Of a stretch of 64,000 bases of DNA, positions 37,958 through 47,498 are shown one piece after another. Every line of letters begins with the position of its first letter. The first letter of the stretch is position 1. The notes beneath the pieces were generated by a model. It was not told the origin of the DNA, ran no database searches, and worked only from the letters and a program-made list of their open reading frames with translations. The stretch comes from a virus. The stretch covers positions 54,428 to 118,427 of IMG/VR virus record IMGVR_UViG_3300010355_001758. The stretch is one strand, 5' to 3'. A program made the position numbers and the translations under genes.

Positions 37958-39124
37958 ATGGCCGACAAGAAGCCCCGCTACCGCGTCATCGAGGAGCCCG
38001 AGCAGCCCGACCCCGAGGACCTGCCGCCGTTCAGCGGCATCGTGGTCGAGAAGCTCAATCCCAAGTTCGCCAAGCTCGGAGGTTCCGTGGCGCGTGCCGA
38101 CGCCATGGAGTACCTGCACGAGCCCAAGACCTTCGTCAAGACCGGCATCTATCCGCTGGACGAGGTGCTCAGCGGCGGCAACGGCATCCCGTGCGGGCGC
38201 TTCATCGAGGTGTTCTCCCCCGAGAGCGTCGGCAAGTCTGCGCTGTGCGAGTTCCTCGTCGGTCGCTTCAAGCAGCTGCGCGGGACCAACCACTACATCG
38301 ATACCGAGCAGACCATCTCCTACGACCACCTGGCGTGCTACGGAGTGCAGAAGGGCGACTTCATCATGCCCGACCTCCCCGACCTGGAGTCGGTGTGGGA
38401 CTACGTCGTCGGGGTCGTGAAGGCGCTCAAGGAGCGCAACGAGGAGAGGCAGGCGAAGAAGTTGAGGCCGGAGGCGCCCAACCTCATCGTCCTGGACTCC
38501 CTGGCAGCCACCCCTTCCCGCGCCGAGCTGGACGAGGACGAGCACGACGATAGCCACGTCGGCCTGCAGGCCCGGTCCAATGCCAAGGGCGTGCGCAAGA
38601 CCCTGCGGTCGTTCAGCGCGTCCGATGTCGTGTTCCTGTGCGTGAACCAGATCCGCGACAAGATCGGTTCGACCGGGTACGGTCCCAAGACCGACACGCC
38701 CGGAGGCAGGGCGCTGAAGTTCGCCTACTCCATCCGTCTCAAGCTGGCGAAGATCGAGACGCTCAAGAAGGGCGACATCCCCGTGGGTCACGTGATCGAG
38801 GTCACCACCGTCAAGAACAAGCACGCCCCGATGGGGCAGAAGTGCCAGATCGTTCTGTCCTACCTGCGCGGCATCGACGTGAACTGGTCCAACTTCCTCT
38901 GGTTCCAGAAGCACCGCATCATCGTCGCCAAGGGTAGTGCCGGCTACGCGTTCCACGGCAGCAGCGAACGGTTCCGTAGGTCCGACTTCGGGGACTTCTG
39001 CTCCCGCAACAAGGAGCTGGTGGCCGAGGCGGCCAAGAAGTGCATCCAGAAGGACAGGGCGACCTTCCTCGCCGAGGCCGGCGACGCCCGGGATGAAGCC
39101 GTCGACGATGACGAGGCGGAGTGA
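37958..39124 (+). CDS. recA: RecA/UvsX-like recombinase
   Basis: GIPCGRFIEVFSPESVGKS, VLDSLAA, NQIRDKIG, TPGGRALKF, VKNK. Confidence 0.93.
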   Translation: MADKKPRYRVIEEPEQPDPEDLPPFSGIVVEKLNPKFAKLGGSVARADAMEYLHEPKTFVKTGIYPLDEVLSGGNGIPCGRFIEVFSPESVGKSALCEFLVGRFKQLRGTNHYIDTEQTISYDHLACYGVQKGDFIMPDLPDLESVWDYVVGVVKALKERNEERQAKKLRPEAPNLIVLDSLAATPSRAELDEDEHDDSHVGLQARSNAKGVRKTLRSFSASDVVFLCVNQIRDKIGSTGYGPKTDTPGGRALKFAYSIRLKLAKIETLKKGDIPVGHVIEVTTVKNKHAPMGQKCQIVLSYLRGIDVNWSNFLWFQKHRIIVAKGSAGYAFHGSSERFRRSDFGDFCSRNKELVAEAAKKCIQKDRATFLAEAGDARDEAVDDDEAE

Positions 39125-39137
39125 ACCGCCGTTTCAG
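39121..39137 (+). repeat. Dispersed 17-bp quasi-palindrome
   Basis: GTGAACCGCCGTTTCAG; supplies the recA stop, upstream of the ParB-like gene. Confidence 0.9.
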
Positions 39138-39227
39138 GGGATTGGCGCCCGTCCGGCCGATCCCGTAGAGTCAGGTCCATAACCCAAGCGCCGGCCGTCG
39201 GCCGGACAGTACAAGGAAGACGCCACC

Positions 39228-40352
39228 ATGGCCAAGACCCCCGATGCCGCTCCCGCGGCTCCCAAGATCCCGCGCGGCGGGCTCAACCTCCAGAACCTGC
39301 CCATGGACAAGGTGTCCATCAAGAAGGGCTTCAACCCCCGCTCCGACCTGGGCGACCTGGGTGAGCTGAAGCGCTCGCTCACCGAGCAGGGCATGCAGGT
39401 GCCCGTGATCGTGTGCCCGACCAAGGACGGCGCCGACACCTACTACATCGTCGCCGGCCACAGGCGCTTCACCGTGTGGCAGGAGATGGGCAAGACGACC
39501 ATCCCCGCCAGCGTGCGCAACGACCTGACCATCGCGAGCCCCGAGGCCTTCGCGCTGGCCGTGTCCGAGAACAGCGAGGACGTGCGCTCTAGCCTCAGCC
39601 CGCTCGACCAGGCCAACGCCTTCAAGAAGATGCTGGAGCAGGCCGGGGGCGACGGGAACGAGGCGAAGGTCGGCAAGATGGCCGGCTACACCGTGACCCA
39701 CGTGCGCCGCACCCTCAAGCTGTTGGTCGTGCCCAAGGCGATCAAGGAGCGCCTGCAGAAGGGCGAGATCAGCACCCGCGCCGCCGTGGCGGTGGCCGAC
39801 GTGCCCGACGACATCCGCGATCGCGTGGTCCAGCGCGTCCAGGCCGGCACCACCGAGGGCGAGGTCGCCCGCCTGGTGAACGAGATCCGCCGCGAGGCGC
39901 GTTCCGCCGGGCAGACCGCCCCCGCCGCCGGGCGCGGGCAGTCCCAGGCGCAGGCCGGCAGCCGCCACAACGTGCCGGTCGGCACGACCGGCGGCACCTT
40001 CGTCAGCCCCAAGGGCATGCGCGAGGTGCGCAAGATGCTGGAGCACGTGGCCGCCGATGCGCTGAACGCCCGCGAGGATCTCAAGACGGCCGAGGATGAT
40101 TCCGACGAGGCCAAGGAGGCGGCGACGCAGTATCTGACCAAGGCCAACCAGCTCGTGGCCCTGCTGTGGCAGGTCGGCGGGGTGGACAAGATGGACATCA
40201 ACACCAAGGACTTCAAGCGCGCCCTGGACGAGATCGCCGAGCGCCTGGAGGCCCGGATGGCGAAGGACAAGAAGGCCGATGCGCCGCCCGCCGCGGCTGC
40301 GACCGCGGCGGCCTCCGCGTCCGGCAGGGACGACGACGGCGAGGAGGAGTGA
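39228..40352 (+). CDS. ParB/Spo0J-family protein (CTPase domain + HTH)
   Basis: FNPR, LKRSL..QG..VPVIV, IVAGHRRF, EN..R..LSPLDQA, HTH KVGKMAGYTVTHVRRTL. Confidence 0.88.
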   Translation: MAKTPDAAPAAPKIPRGGLNLQNLPMDKVSIKKGFNPRSDLGDLGELKRSLTEQGMQVPVIVCPTKDGADTYYIVAGHRRFTVWQEMGKTTIPASVRNDLTIASPEAFALAVSENSEDVRSSLSPLDQANAFKKMLEQAGGDGNEAKVGKMAGYTVTHVRRTLKLLVVPKAIKERLQKGEISTRAAVAVADVPDDIRDRVVQRVQAGTTEGEVARLVNEIRREARSAGQTAPAAGRGQSQAQAGSRHNVPVGTTGGTFVSPKGMREVRKMLEHVAADALNAREDLKTAEDDSDEAKEAATQYLTKANQLVALLWQVGGVDKMDINTKDFKRALDEIAERLEARMAKDKKADAPPAAAATAAASASGRDDDGEEE

Positions 40353-40360
40353 CGCTGGCG

Positions 40361-40391
40361 GGCCCCCGTGAAACGGCGTTTCACGGGGGCC
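40361..40391. repeat. Perfect 31-bp palindrome containing the motif; possible terminator
   Basis: GGCCCCCGTGAAACG-G-CGTTTCACGGGGGCC followed by TTT, 8 nt after the ParB-like stop. Confidence 0.9.
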
Positions 40392-40422
40392 TTTCACCTC
40401 TATCCGTTATCGTGGAGGCGTC

Positions 40423-41331
40423 ATGCGCATTCTCGTAGTCGATGGCAACAACCTGATAGCGCGCGGCACCTATGTACTGCCCAACGCGCAGACCCCCGAC
40501 AACCGCCCCGTCGGAGGGCTGTACATCGCCATCAAGATGATCCGCGCCTTCCTGGCGGTGGAGAACCACGATGCCGTCCTGGTGGCCCTGGACAACGGCG
40601 TGCCCGCCTTCCGCAAGGAGGTGTGCCCCGAGTACAAGGCGCAGCGGCGCGAGGCGCGGACCCCCGAGGAGGAGAAGGTGCACCGCGCCTACGTGGCGCA
40701 GGTGGACATGTGCCAGGAGCTGTTCAGGCCGTTCGGCCTCGTCACCGCCCGCGCCAAGGGGTGGGAGGGGGACGATGTCGTAGCCGCCTTGGCGCTGTCG
40801 CGGCTCAAGGAGCACACCGTCACCGTCCTGTCCTCCGACCGCGATTTCACGCAGTTGGTCGACGGGTCCCGGGTGCGCATGTGGGACGTCGGCAAGGACC
40901 GCTGGGTCGACCCCGACCCGCACTTCTGCCTCAAGCGGTGCATGGACCCGAAGGCGTCCGACAACCTCGACGGCGTGCCCGGCATCGGCGCCAAGAAAGC
41001 CGACAAGCTCGTGGAGGCGTGCCTGACCTCCGGGGCCGAAGCTACCCTGCCCGGGTTCCTGGCGTGGTGCGCGGAGCGGGAGAAGGTGGACGACCCGCTG
41101 GGGCGCATGTGCAAGAAGGTCGTCGCCGAGCAGCAGAAGATGCGCGCCAACTGGCGGTGCACCTCGCTGGCCGCGACCGCCTCCGAGTGCGATGCCGTGC
41201 TCAAGTTCAGGCGTACCGAGCCCGACAAGGACCTGGCGCGCGCCGCCATCCGGGAGCTCGGCCTCAAGCCGCTGGCCGAGGAGTTCTCGGCGCTGTGGCC
41301 GCCGTTCGGGAGCCTGCGATGCCCGGTGTGA
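40423..41331 (+). CDS. 5'-3' exonuclease / flap endonuclease (PolI 5' nuclease, T4 RNase H-like)
   Basis: ILVVDGNNL, EYKAQR, EGDD, SSDRDF, DNLDGVPGIGAKKA. Confidence 0.92.
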   Translation: MRILVVDGNNLIARGTYVLPNAQTPDNRPVGGLYIAIKMIRAFLAVENHDAVLVALDNGVPAFRKEVCPEYKAQRREARTPEEEKVHRAYVAQVDMCQELFRPFGLVTARAKGWEGDDVVAALALSRLKEHTVTVLSSDRDFTQLVDGSRVRMWDVGKDRWVDPDPHFCLKRCMDPKASDNLDGVPGIGAKKADKLVEACLTSGAEATLPGFLAWCAEREKVDDPLGRMCKKVVAEQQKMRANWRCTSLAATASECDAVLKFRRTEPDKDLARAAIRELGLKPLAEEFSALWPPFGSLRCPV

Positions 41332-42794
41332 GCTATCGCGTCGTCGCCGTCGATGGTACCCCCATAGGTGCGCCCAAGGACAAGCCGTTCGAGTGGATGG
41401 AGCTCATGTTCTCGATCTGCCCCGACGGGAGCAGGTACGAGATGGACGACGGAGGGGCTGACCCGGTCGTCCTCAAGGTGCGTCGCAACGGGGTGTGGCA
41501 CGATTGGGAGCCGCCGCTGAGCGAGGCGCAGCAGGCCGCCTACGACGCCGCGATGCGCGGGGAGACGGTCATCATCACCGGCCCCGGCGGGACCGGCAAG
41601 AGCGAGGTGGTCCGCCGCATCGTGCGCGACCTGCGGTGCGAGCGCGGGAGGCAGGTGGCCGTGACCGGCAGCACCGGCCTGGCGGCTGTCAGCATCGGCG
41701 GGACGACGATCCACTCGTTCCTCGGTACCGGCATCGCCGGGGTGCGCGAGGCGGCCCAGCGCCAGATGACGTCCGAGAAGCTGTCCAAGGCCGGGGAGCG
41801 CATCGGCGCCACCGATGTCGTGGTCGTGGACGAGATCAGTATGCTGCACGGCGACTACCTCGATATGGCGCACTGGTGGATGAACCTCGCGTACGGGAAC
41901 GGGACCGACGGCCCGCCGTTCGCCGGGAAGCAGTTCGTCTTCGTCGGCGACTTCCTCCAGCTGCCGCCCGTGATCCAGCCCGACGAGCGCATCCGCAGTA
42001 AGTACGCCTTCCAGGCGCAAGCGTGGAAGGACGCCAACCCGGGGTACTACTCCCTGCTGCACAACTACCGCCAGGTGGACGACGGCGACTTCCGCAAGCA
42101 CCTCCTCCGCGTGCGCCGGGGCGCTGCCCCGCAGGACACCCTCGATTACTTCAACGCCCGCGTCGGGCAGTCGCCTCCCGCCGGGTCGCAGCCCACCCAG
42201 CTGTATCCGACCAACAAGAAGGCCGATGCGGTCAACGACGCCAAGCTGGATGCGCTGAAGGCCCCGGCGAAGGTCTTCAATGCGACGTACGAGGGGCACC
42301 CCAAGTGGCAGGAGGCGCTGCGGCGTAACCTGCCCTGCGAGGACCCGTTGGAGCTGAAGGTCGGGGCCGAGGTCCTGTGCACCTACAACAAGCCCGACAA
42401 CGGGTACATCAACGGGACGCGCGGCGTGGTGGTCGACTTCGCCGACGACGGCGTGATGGTGCAGACGCGTTCCGGCGCCGTGGTCAAGGTGGTGCGGAAC
42501 AAGTGGGAAATGCGCAACGCCAGCGATAAGCCGCTGGCGGCCGTCGTGCAGTACCCGCTGCGGCTGGCCTGGGCCATGACGATCCACAAGAGCCAGGGGG
42601 CGACGCTGGACGAGCTGGTGTTCGATCCCAGCGGCGTATTTGAGCGGGCCCAGGCGTACGTGGCCCTCTCCCGCGTGCGCACCATCACCGGCCTGTACAT
42701 GCTGTCCCACCTGCGCCCCGAGCACGTCCGGGCGTCGAAGATCGTCGTCGATTGGTATCGGGCCCAGCGGGATAGGATGGCGGGTAAGCCTTGA
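41319..42794 (+). CDS. Pif1-family SF1B helicase
   Basis: TGPGGTGKS, GGTTIHSF, DEISM, GDFLQLPPV, QYPLRLAWAMTIHKSQG, QAYVALSR. Confidence 0.92.
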   Translation: MPGVSYRVVAVDGTPIGAPKDKPFEWMELMFSICPDGSRYEMDDGGADPVVLKVRRNGVWHDWEPPLSEAQQAAYDAAMRGETVIITGPGGTGKSEVVRRIVRDLRCERGRQVAVTGSTGLAAVSIGGTTIHSFLGTGIAGVREAAQRQMTSEKLSKAGERIGATDVVVVDEISMLHGDYLDMAHWWMNLAYGNGTDGPPFAGKQFVFVGDFLQLPPVIQPDERIRSKYAFQAQAWKDANPGYYSLLHNYRQVDDGDFRKHLLRVRRGAAPQDTLDYFNARVGQSPPAGSQPTQLYPTNKKADAVNDAKLDALKAPAKVFNATYEGHPKWQEALRRNLPCEDPLELKVGAEVLCTYNKPDNGYINGTRGVVVDFADDGVMVQTRSGAVVKVVRNKWEMRNASDKPLAAVVQYPLRLAWAMTIHKSQGATLDELVFDPSGVFERAQAYVALSRVRTITGLYMLSHLRPEHVRASKIVVDWYRAQRDRMAGKP

Positions 42795-42819
42795 TCGGTT
42801 CCGGGGAAACCCGGAGGAT
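42791..42819 (+). promoter_or_regulatory. Conserved promoter-like element, copy 1
   Basis: TTGATC-GGTTCCGGGGAAACCCG-GAGGAT. Confidence 0.55.
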
Positions 42820-42844
42820 GAGGTCCTCAACCCAGGAGTCCGTC

Positions 42845-43474
42845 GTGACCAAGAACGCAGAACCCGCCATCGACCGCACCCTCGACGTGCGCGCCGACCT
42901 CAACATCACCAAGGATGACCTCGTCGCCATCCGCATCGCCGACGTGGAGAAGCTGCTCCACGAGCAGAAGCTCCAGGTGCAGGAGGACCGCCGGAAGGCC
43001 GACGCCGCCCTGCGCAAGGCGCAGGAGGAGCTGCCCAAGCTGCAGGAGAAGATCGCCGCCCAGACCGTCGGGCACGAGCTGGCCGACCTGCTGAAGCTGG
43101 CCAACAAGTTCCGCTGCGACAAGAAGGCGTTCGAGGTGTCGACCTTCCTCCGCACCGAGGAGAAGCCGCGTCGCACCTACGCCGTCGCGGTGATCCACGG
43201 CATCGACGGGGTCGAGGCCGCGCGGGCGCTGTCCGCGCAGGATGCCGGCACCCTGGCGATGGCGCACCAGGCGGTCGACGAGGCCGAGAGGGCGATCAAG
43301 GAGTGCGAGGAGAGGATGCTCGACATCAAGCGCAAGCTCGCCGACATCCCGATGCTGGAGCGCCAGGCCAAGGCCGCCGTGGCCCGCGCCGTCATGGGCG
43401 ACGGCGACGGCAAGACCCTGCTCTCCATCGTCCAGCGCGTCACCCTCGCCGGCCTGCCCGCCCCGAAGGAGTGA
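42845..43474 (+). CDS. Coiled-coil hypothetical protein
   Basis: AGGAG RBS before GTG 42845. Confidence 0.55.
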   Translation: MTKNAEPAIDRTLDVRADLNITKDDLVAIRIADVEKLLHEQKLQVQEDRRKADAALRKAQEELPKLQEKIAAQTVGHELADLLKLANKFRCDKKAFEVSTFLRTEEKPRRTYAVAVIHGIDGVEAARALSAQDAGTLAMAHQAVDEAERAIKECEERMLDIKRKLADIPMLERQAKAAVARAVMGDGDGKTLLSIVQRVTLAGLPAPKE

Positions 43475-43477
43475 GTC

Positions 43478-44668
43478 GTGTCCAAGGTCGAGCGCGTCCC
43501 CGATGCCGTACTCCGGCTGCCCACCAAGCAGTGCTTCGTCATCCGTAAGGAAGGCAAGTGGGTGCTGTCGGACAAAGCCGGGGACGTGTTCGACCTTGAG
43601 CCCGGGGAGTACCTGGAGGTCGAGCTGCCCGTGGCCGACTACATCGATCACGACTGGGAGAACGGGAAGTCGGTTCAGAAGCGCAAGCCGGTCATGCTGA
43701 CCTATCCGGTCGAGGAGGCGCTGGCGCGGCTGGAGACCATCCCCGGCGTGACCCACGCCGTCGATCGGTCTCAGCACATGTACGACCACCATGCCCCGCC
43801 GGAGCTGCACTCCTCGGCAGGGGTGTCCGACCGGTTCCGTCGGTATGCCGCCATCGGCGGCGAGGTGGCGACCGCCTACGATACGCCGTACTGGCACGAT
43901 CCGCACCCCGCGCCCGAGGACGCCCCTCGCATCGCCGAGGTGGTGGCGAAGGTCGGCGGGAGGCTCGGGTGGCAGCGGCCGTACCATCCCACCGACAGCG
44001 GGTACAGTAAGATCGCCGACGCCCTGGCCCCCTTCGGGATAATCATCGACACTGGGACCGGGTCGTTCGTGCACGATCCCGTCCTCGCGGAGAAGCGCGC
44101 CAAGGGGCGCGCCCGCCGCAAGCAGTACGTCGCTGGCTCCGAGGACCGCGCCCGCCGGCAGAGGGAGGAGGCGCAGCGTGCCGACGAGGAGGAGCTGAAG
44201 ACCATCCATTACGCTGACCTGGAGTTCTTCGACAGGGCGCTCGCGAGCGCCCTGGCTTCCGGAGTCGTCGCCGCCCTGCTGGCGTCGGAGTCCGATCCGC
44301 GCGTGTGCGCTTACGGTGAGGGCGCAGGCAGGGTGCGTGAGTGCTACGACGCGTGGGTGCTGTTCGGCAGCGACCCCGTCGCCTTCGGCCAGCGGCCCGT
44401 ATTCATCGGGCGCAACAACGCCGCCGCCGAGAAGGTCGTCGCTACGTTCGTCGCGCGCCTCGGCGACCACTACCGGCGTGTCGCCAACCGCGCCCGCCGG
44501 GCGAAGGTGCCGAAGCCCAAGCCGCGCTTCGACCTGCGGTACTGGCAGCACGTCGGAGCCGTCGTCTCCGAGTTCTACGCCGATGCCGCCGCCTACACGG
44601 CAGCCGAGGAGGCCCGCGCCGTACGGGAGGCCGAGGAGGAGGCGAAGGCTCAGCAGGGTGTCGCGTGA
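43478..44668 (+). CDS. Hypothetical protein
   Basis: 396-aa ORF with coding-like codon bias. Confidence 0.6.
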   Translation: MSKVERVPDAVLRLPTKQCFVIRKEGKWVLSDKAGDVFDLEPGEYLEVELPVADYIDHDWENGKSVQKRKPVMLTYPVEEALARLETIPGVTHAVDRSQHMYDHHAPPELHSSAGVSDRFRRYAAIGGEVATAYDTPYWHDPHPAPEDAPRIAEVVAKVGGRLGWQRPYHPTDSGYSKIADALAPFGIIIDTGTGSFVHDPVLAEKRAKGRARRKQYVAGSEDRARRQREEAQRADEEELKTIHYADLEFFDRALASALASGVVAALLASESDPRVCAYGEGAGRVRECYDAWVLFGSDPVAFGQRPVFIGRNNAAAEKVVATFVARLGDHYRRVANRARRAKVPKPKPRFDLRYWQHVGAVVSEFYADAAAYTAAEEARAVREAEEEAKAQQGVA

Positions 44669-44681
44669 ACCGCCGTTTCAC
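44665..44681 (+). repeat. Dispersed 17-bp quasi-palindrome
   Basis: GTGAACCGCCGTTTCAC; supplies the stop, upstream of the second ParB-like gene. Confidence 0.9.
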
Positions 44682-44716
44682 CGGTAAAATACGTCATATT
44701 CGTCGAGCTGGCGGGG

Positions 44717-44743
44717 TTGACAGAGGGGTTTTCCTGTTATGAT
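44717..44743 (+). promoter_or_regulatory. Putative sigma70 promoter
   Basis: TTGACA-N15-TATGAT with extended -10 TG; spacer is short. Confidence 0.5.
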
Positions 44744-44762
44744 GAAGGACCCAGGAGCCGAT

Positions 44763-46154
44763 ATGACCGCCCCTGCTGCCTCCCCCGACATTCTGCGCGT
44801 ACTCTGCGGAGACGCCGACGCCCCCACCCGTACCGCCCGCACCCACCACGCGGAGTTCCCGCTGGAGAAGGTGAAGCTCGACCCCCGCGAGAACTACCGC
44901 TGGGGCTCCGAGGAGGCGATGCTGGCCGACCTCAAGGCCACCTCCCGCGATCCGTCCGACGGGTCGCAGGTGTGCACCTACGAGGTGCTGAAGGGCTCCA
45001 TCCGCACCATGGGCGTCGAGGAGCCCGTCGGGCTCGTGCCTCGCGCCGACGGCACCTACCGCGTGGTGTACGGCTTCACCCGCGTCCTGGCGGCGAAGGA
45101 GGTCGGGCTGGCCGAGGTGCCGGCTTACGTGTACGACGCCGCGCTGCCCGAGGAGGAGGCGCAGCTCCTGCAGCTGCGCGAGAACAGCCTGACGCTGAAG
45201 CGCCAGGTCAACTGGGTGGCTGAAGTGGAAATGTACGACCGCCTGCTCGGCATGGTGCGGAAGGCCTTCGCCAAGACCCCGGCCGACCAGCTGCCGCGCG
45301 GGGACGCCGGAGAGCGCCTGACGCCTAAGAAAGCCGCCGCCCGGGTGGTGGCCAAGGCGTTGGGGGTCAGCTCCGCGACCATGCGGAACCGGCACTTCAC
45401 GCTGCACCACATCGACCCGCGCGTGGTGGCCCTGTCCCGCGAGGGGAAGCTGAACTACGCCGCCGCCTGCGAGTTCTGCACCGGCGACGCCGCCGTGCCG
45501 TTCAAGGCCGAGTTCGTGACCAGCGTGATCGAGGCCCTGCAGTCCCGCGACGCCGCGATGGCCAAGGTCACGGCCGATACCGTGCGGCAGACCATGCGCC
45601 GCCTGCGCGCCGACAAGAAGGAGGCGTACGAGGGCGACCAGAGGCCGTCCACCGTCTGCGGCCAGGTCGCCGCCGGCACCCGTCAGAGCCCCGGCGCGCT
45701 CCGCGACCTGTGCGTCGCCATGTGGCGGCCCGTCCTGACCAAGTACCGCCTGACGCTGGCCTCCCCCGCCGAGGAGTGGGAGAAGATGCGGACGACCATC
45801 ACCTGGCAGCGCATCGTCGGTATCGGCATCGCCGCCGCCGACGTGACCGAGCCGGTGCTGGAGCGCGGCGAGGATACCGGCCGGGCCGAGCTCCAGCACG
45901 AGGAGACGGCCTTCCGGTACGTCGTTGGCGCGCTGGTGCAGGCGGCCCTGGCGGCCGATATGCGCTACTCCGCCGAGAGGTTCCGCGAGTGGATCAGCAG
46001 CAGCAGCTTCGACGGTCTGAAGGCGAAGCGGTCCAACCGCCTCGAGTTCTACGGCGCCGTCCAGGCGGCCATGGATAAGGCCATGCACCGCAGCCAGATC
46101 CTGCCCATCGTCAAGAAGGCCCGCGAGGAGCTGCGCGAGCGGCTGAACGTATGA
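44763..46154 (+). CDS. Divergent ParB-like protein
   Basis: ENYR, SIRTMGVEEPV, YGFTRVLAA, LRENS, HTH VVAKALGVSSATMRN; AGGAG RBS. Confidence 0.75.
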   Translation: MTAPAASPDILRVLCGDADAPTRTARTHHAEFPLEKVKLDPRENYRWGSEEAMLADLKATSRDPSDGSQVCTYEVLKGSIRTMGVEEPVGLVPRADGTYRVVYGFTRVLAAKEVGLAEVPAYVYDAALPEEEAQLLQLRENSLTLKRQVNWVAEVEMYDRLLGMVRKAFAKTPADQLPRGDAGERLTPKKAAARVVAKALGVSSATMRNRHFTLHHIDPRVVALSREGKLNYAAACEFCTGDAAVPFKAEFVTSVIEALQSRDAAMAKVTADTVRQTMRRLRADKKEAYEGDQRPSTVCGQVAAGTRQSPGALRDLCVAMWRPVLTKYRLTLASPAEEWEKMRTTITWQRIVGIGIAAADVTEPVLERGEDTGRAELQHEETAFRYVVGALVQAALAADMRYSAERFREWISSSSFDGLKAKRSNRLEFYGAVQAAMDKAMHRSQILPIVKKAREELRERLNV

Positions 46155-47179
46155 CCGGCGGCATCGTCGTCGTATCCGATACCCACCTGCACGCCTACCC
46201 CGGGGCGGCGAGCGCGCAGGGCGGGAACCAGCGGTTGGGCCACATCGTGCAGGCTATGGATGCGGTGCTGGATTACGCCCGCGCCGTGAAGGCCGCCGCT
46301 ATCGTGCACGCCGGCGACCTGTTCCACGACCGCAAGGGCGTGCGCCCCGAGGCGCTGCACCGGGCCGGGGAGTGGATGGACCGCGTGCACTCCGTCGGCA
46401 TCGACCTGCACCTGCTGGTGGGCAACCACGACCTGTCGCTGGACTGCATGACCCACTCGCTGCGCGGGTTCAACGGGCGAGCCCTCGTGCACGCCGCGAC
46501 CGAGCTGGCCGACGTTGGGCCGTTCCGCTGCGGGTTCACGCCGTACGACGAGGACCCGGCGAAGGTGCGGGAGTCGTGCCGCCGGTTGTCCAAGCAGCGC
46601 GTGCAGTTCCTGTTCGGGCACCTGGGGTTGGGCGATCCCAAGTTCTCCAACTGCGTGCCGGCCGAGTACGAGGTGCCCGGGCGCATCGCCGTGGACGATT
46701 TGTACCCCGACGACTTCGCGCAGGTGCTCCTGGGGCACTACCACCTGGCGCAGCAGGTGACGCCGCGCGTCCGGTACATCGGGTCGCCGTTGCAGCTGTC
46801 CTTCGGGGAGGCCGACCACCCGAAGGGGTGGCTGTACGTCACCCCAGCGGGGCGCGTCGACTGGGTGGAGAACAAGGCCAGCCCGCGGTACCACATCGTG
46901 ACCGATGCCCGCGTCATCCGCGACCTGCCGGAGGCCGACTTCGTGTGGCTGCGCGCCGCGACCAGGGAGGACGAGAGGGCCGGAGCGGCGCTGGCCGTGG
47001 ACCGGCCAGGGATGCGCGTGGATAGGGCCGTCGCGCCCGGAGCGCCCGCGCGCCTGGACCCCGCCGCGAAGGGCAAGAAGCTGCTCGAGTCGTACGTACG
47101 CGCCGTCCGCCCCGATGCGCTCGACTATGAGGTCGACGCGCTGGTGGCCGAGGGCATCCGCCTCAAGGAGGGCACATGA
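46151..47179 (+). CDS. SbcD/Mre11-like nuclease
   Basis: SDTH, AGDLFH, VGNHD, FGH, LGHYH, YIGSPLQLSFGE. Confidence 0.9.
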   Translation: MTGGIVVVSDTHLHAYPGAASAQGGNQRLGHIVQAMDAVLDYARAVKAAAIVHAGDLFHDRKGVRPEALHRAGEWMDRVHSVGIDLHLLVGNHDLSLDCMTHSLRGFNGRALVHAATELADVGPFRCGFTPYDEDPAKVRESCRRLSKQRVQFLFGHLGLGDPKFSNCVPAEYEVPGRIAVDDLYPDDFAQVLLGHYHLAQQVTPRVRYIGSPLQLSFGEADHPKGWLYVTPAGRVDWVENKASPRYHIVTDARVIRDLPEADFVWLRAATREDERAGAALAVDRPGMRVDRAVAPGAPARLDPAAKGKKLLESYVRAVRPDALDYEVDALVAEGIRLKEGT

Positions 47180-47484
47180 CCACCCAACCCGTATCCGACG
47201 TCGTCCGCGTGAACCTCAACGACGCCGTGCGCGACCTCGCCGTCAAGGACGGGGTGACCGACTCGTCCGAGCTGCAGAAGGTCGTGGGCGTGAAGCGCTT
47301 CGACCAGTATGCCGCCCAGGTGCGCTCCTACTATGCCGGCTACGACGTGGGGTATGCCGAGGGCCTCCTCCTGAACGGGCCCGCTCTCGGCCGGTACGGT
47401 CTGCGCATGGCGCTGCTCGGGGCGGTAGCCGGGGCCGCCCTGGCGCTCTCCGCCTGGGTGTTCGTCGTCCCCTACTTCCGCTGA
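47176..47484 (+). CDS. Small membrane protein
   Basis: C-terminal hydrophobic helix; ATGA-coupled. Confidence 0.55.
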   Translation: MTTQPVSDVVRVNLNDAVRDLAVKDGVTDSSELQKVVGVKRFDQYAAQVRSYYAGYDVGYAEGLLLNGPALGRYGLRMALLGAVAGAALALSAWVFVVPYFR

Positions 47485-47497
47485 AACGCCGTTTCAC
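47481..47497 (+). repeat. 17-bp motif variant
   Basis: CTGAAACGCCGTTTCAC spans from the stop to the next ATG. Confidence 0.9.
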
Positions 47498-47498
47498 C

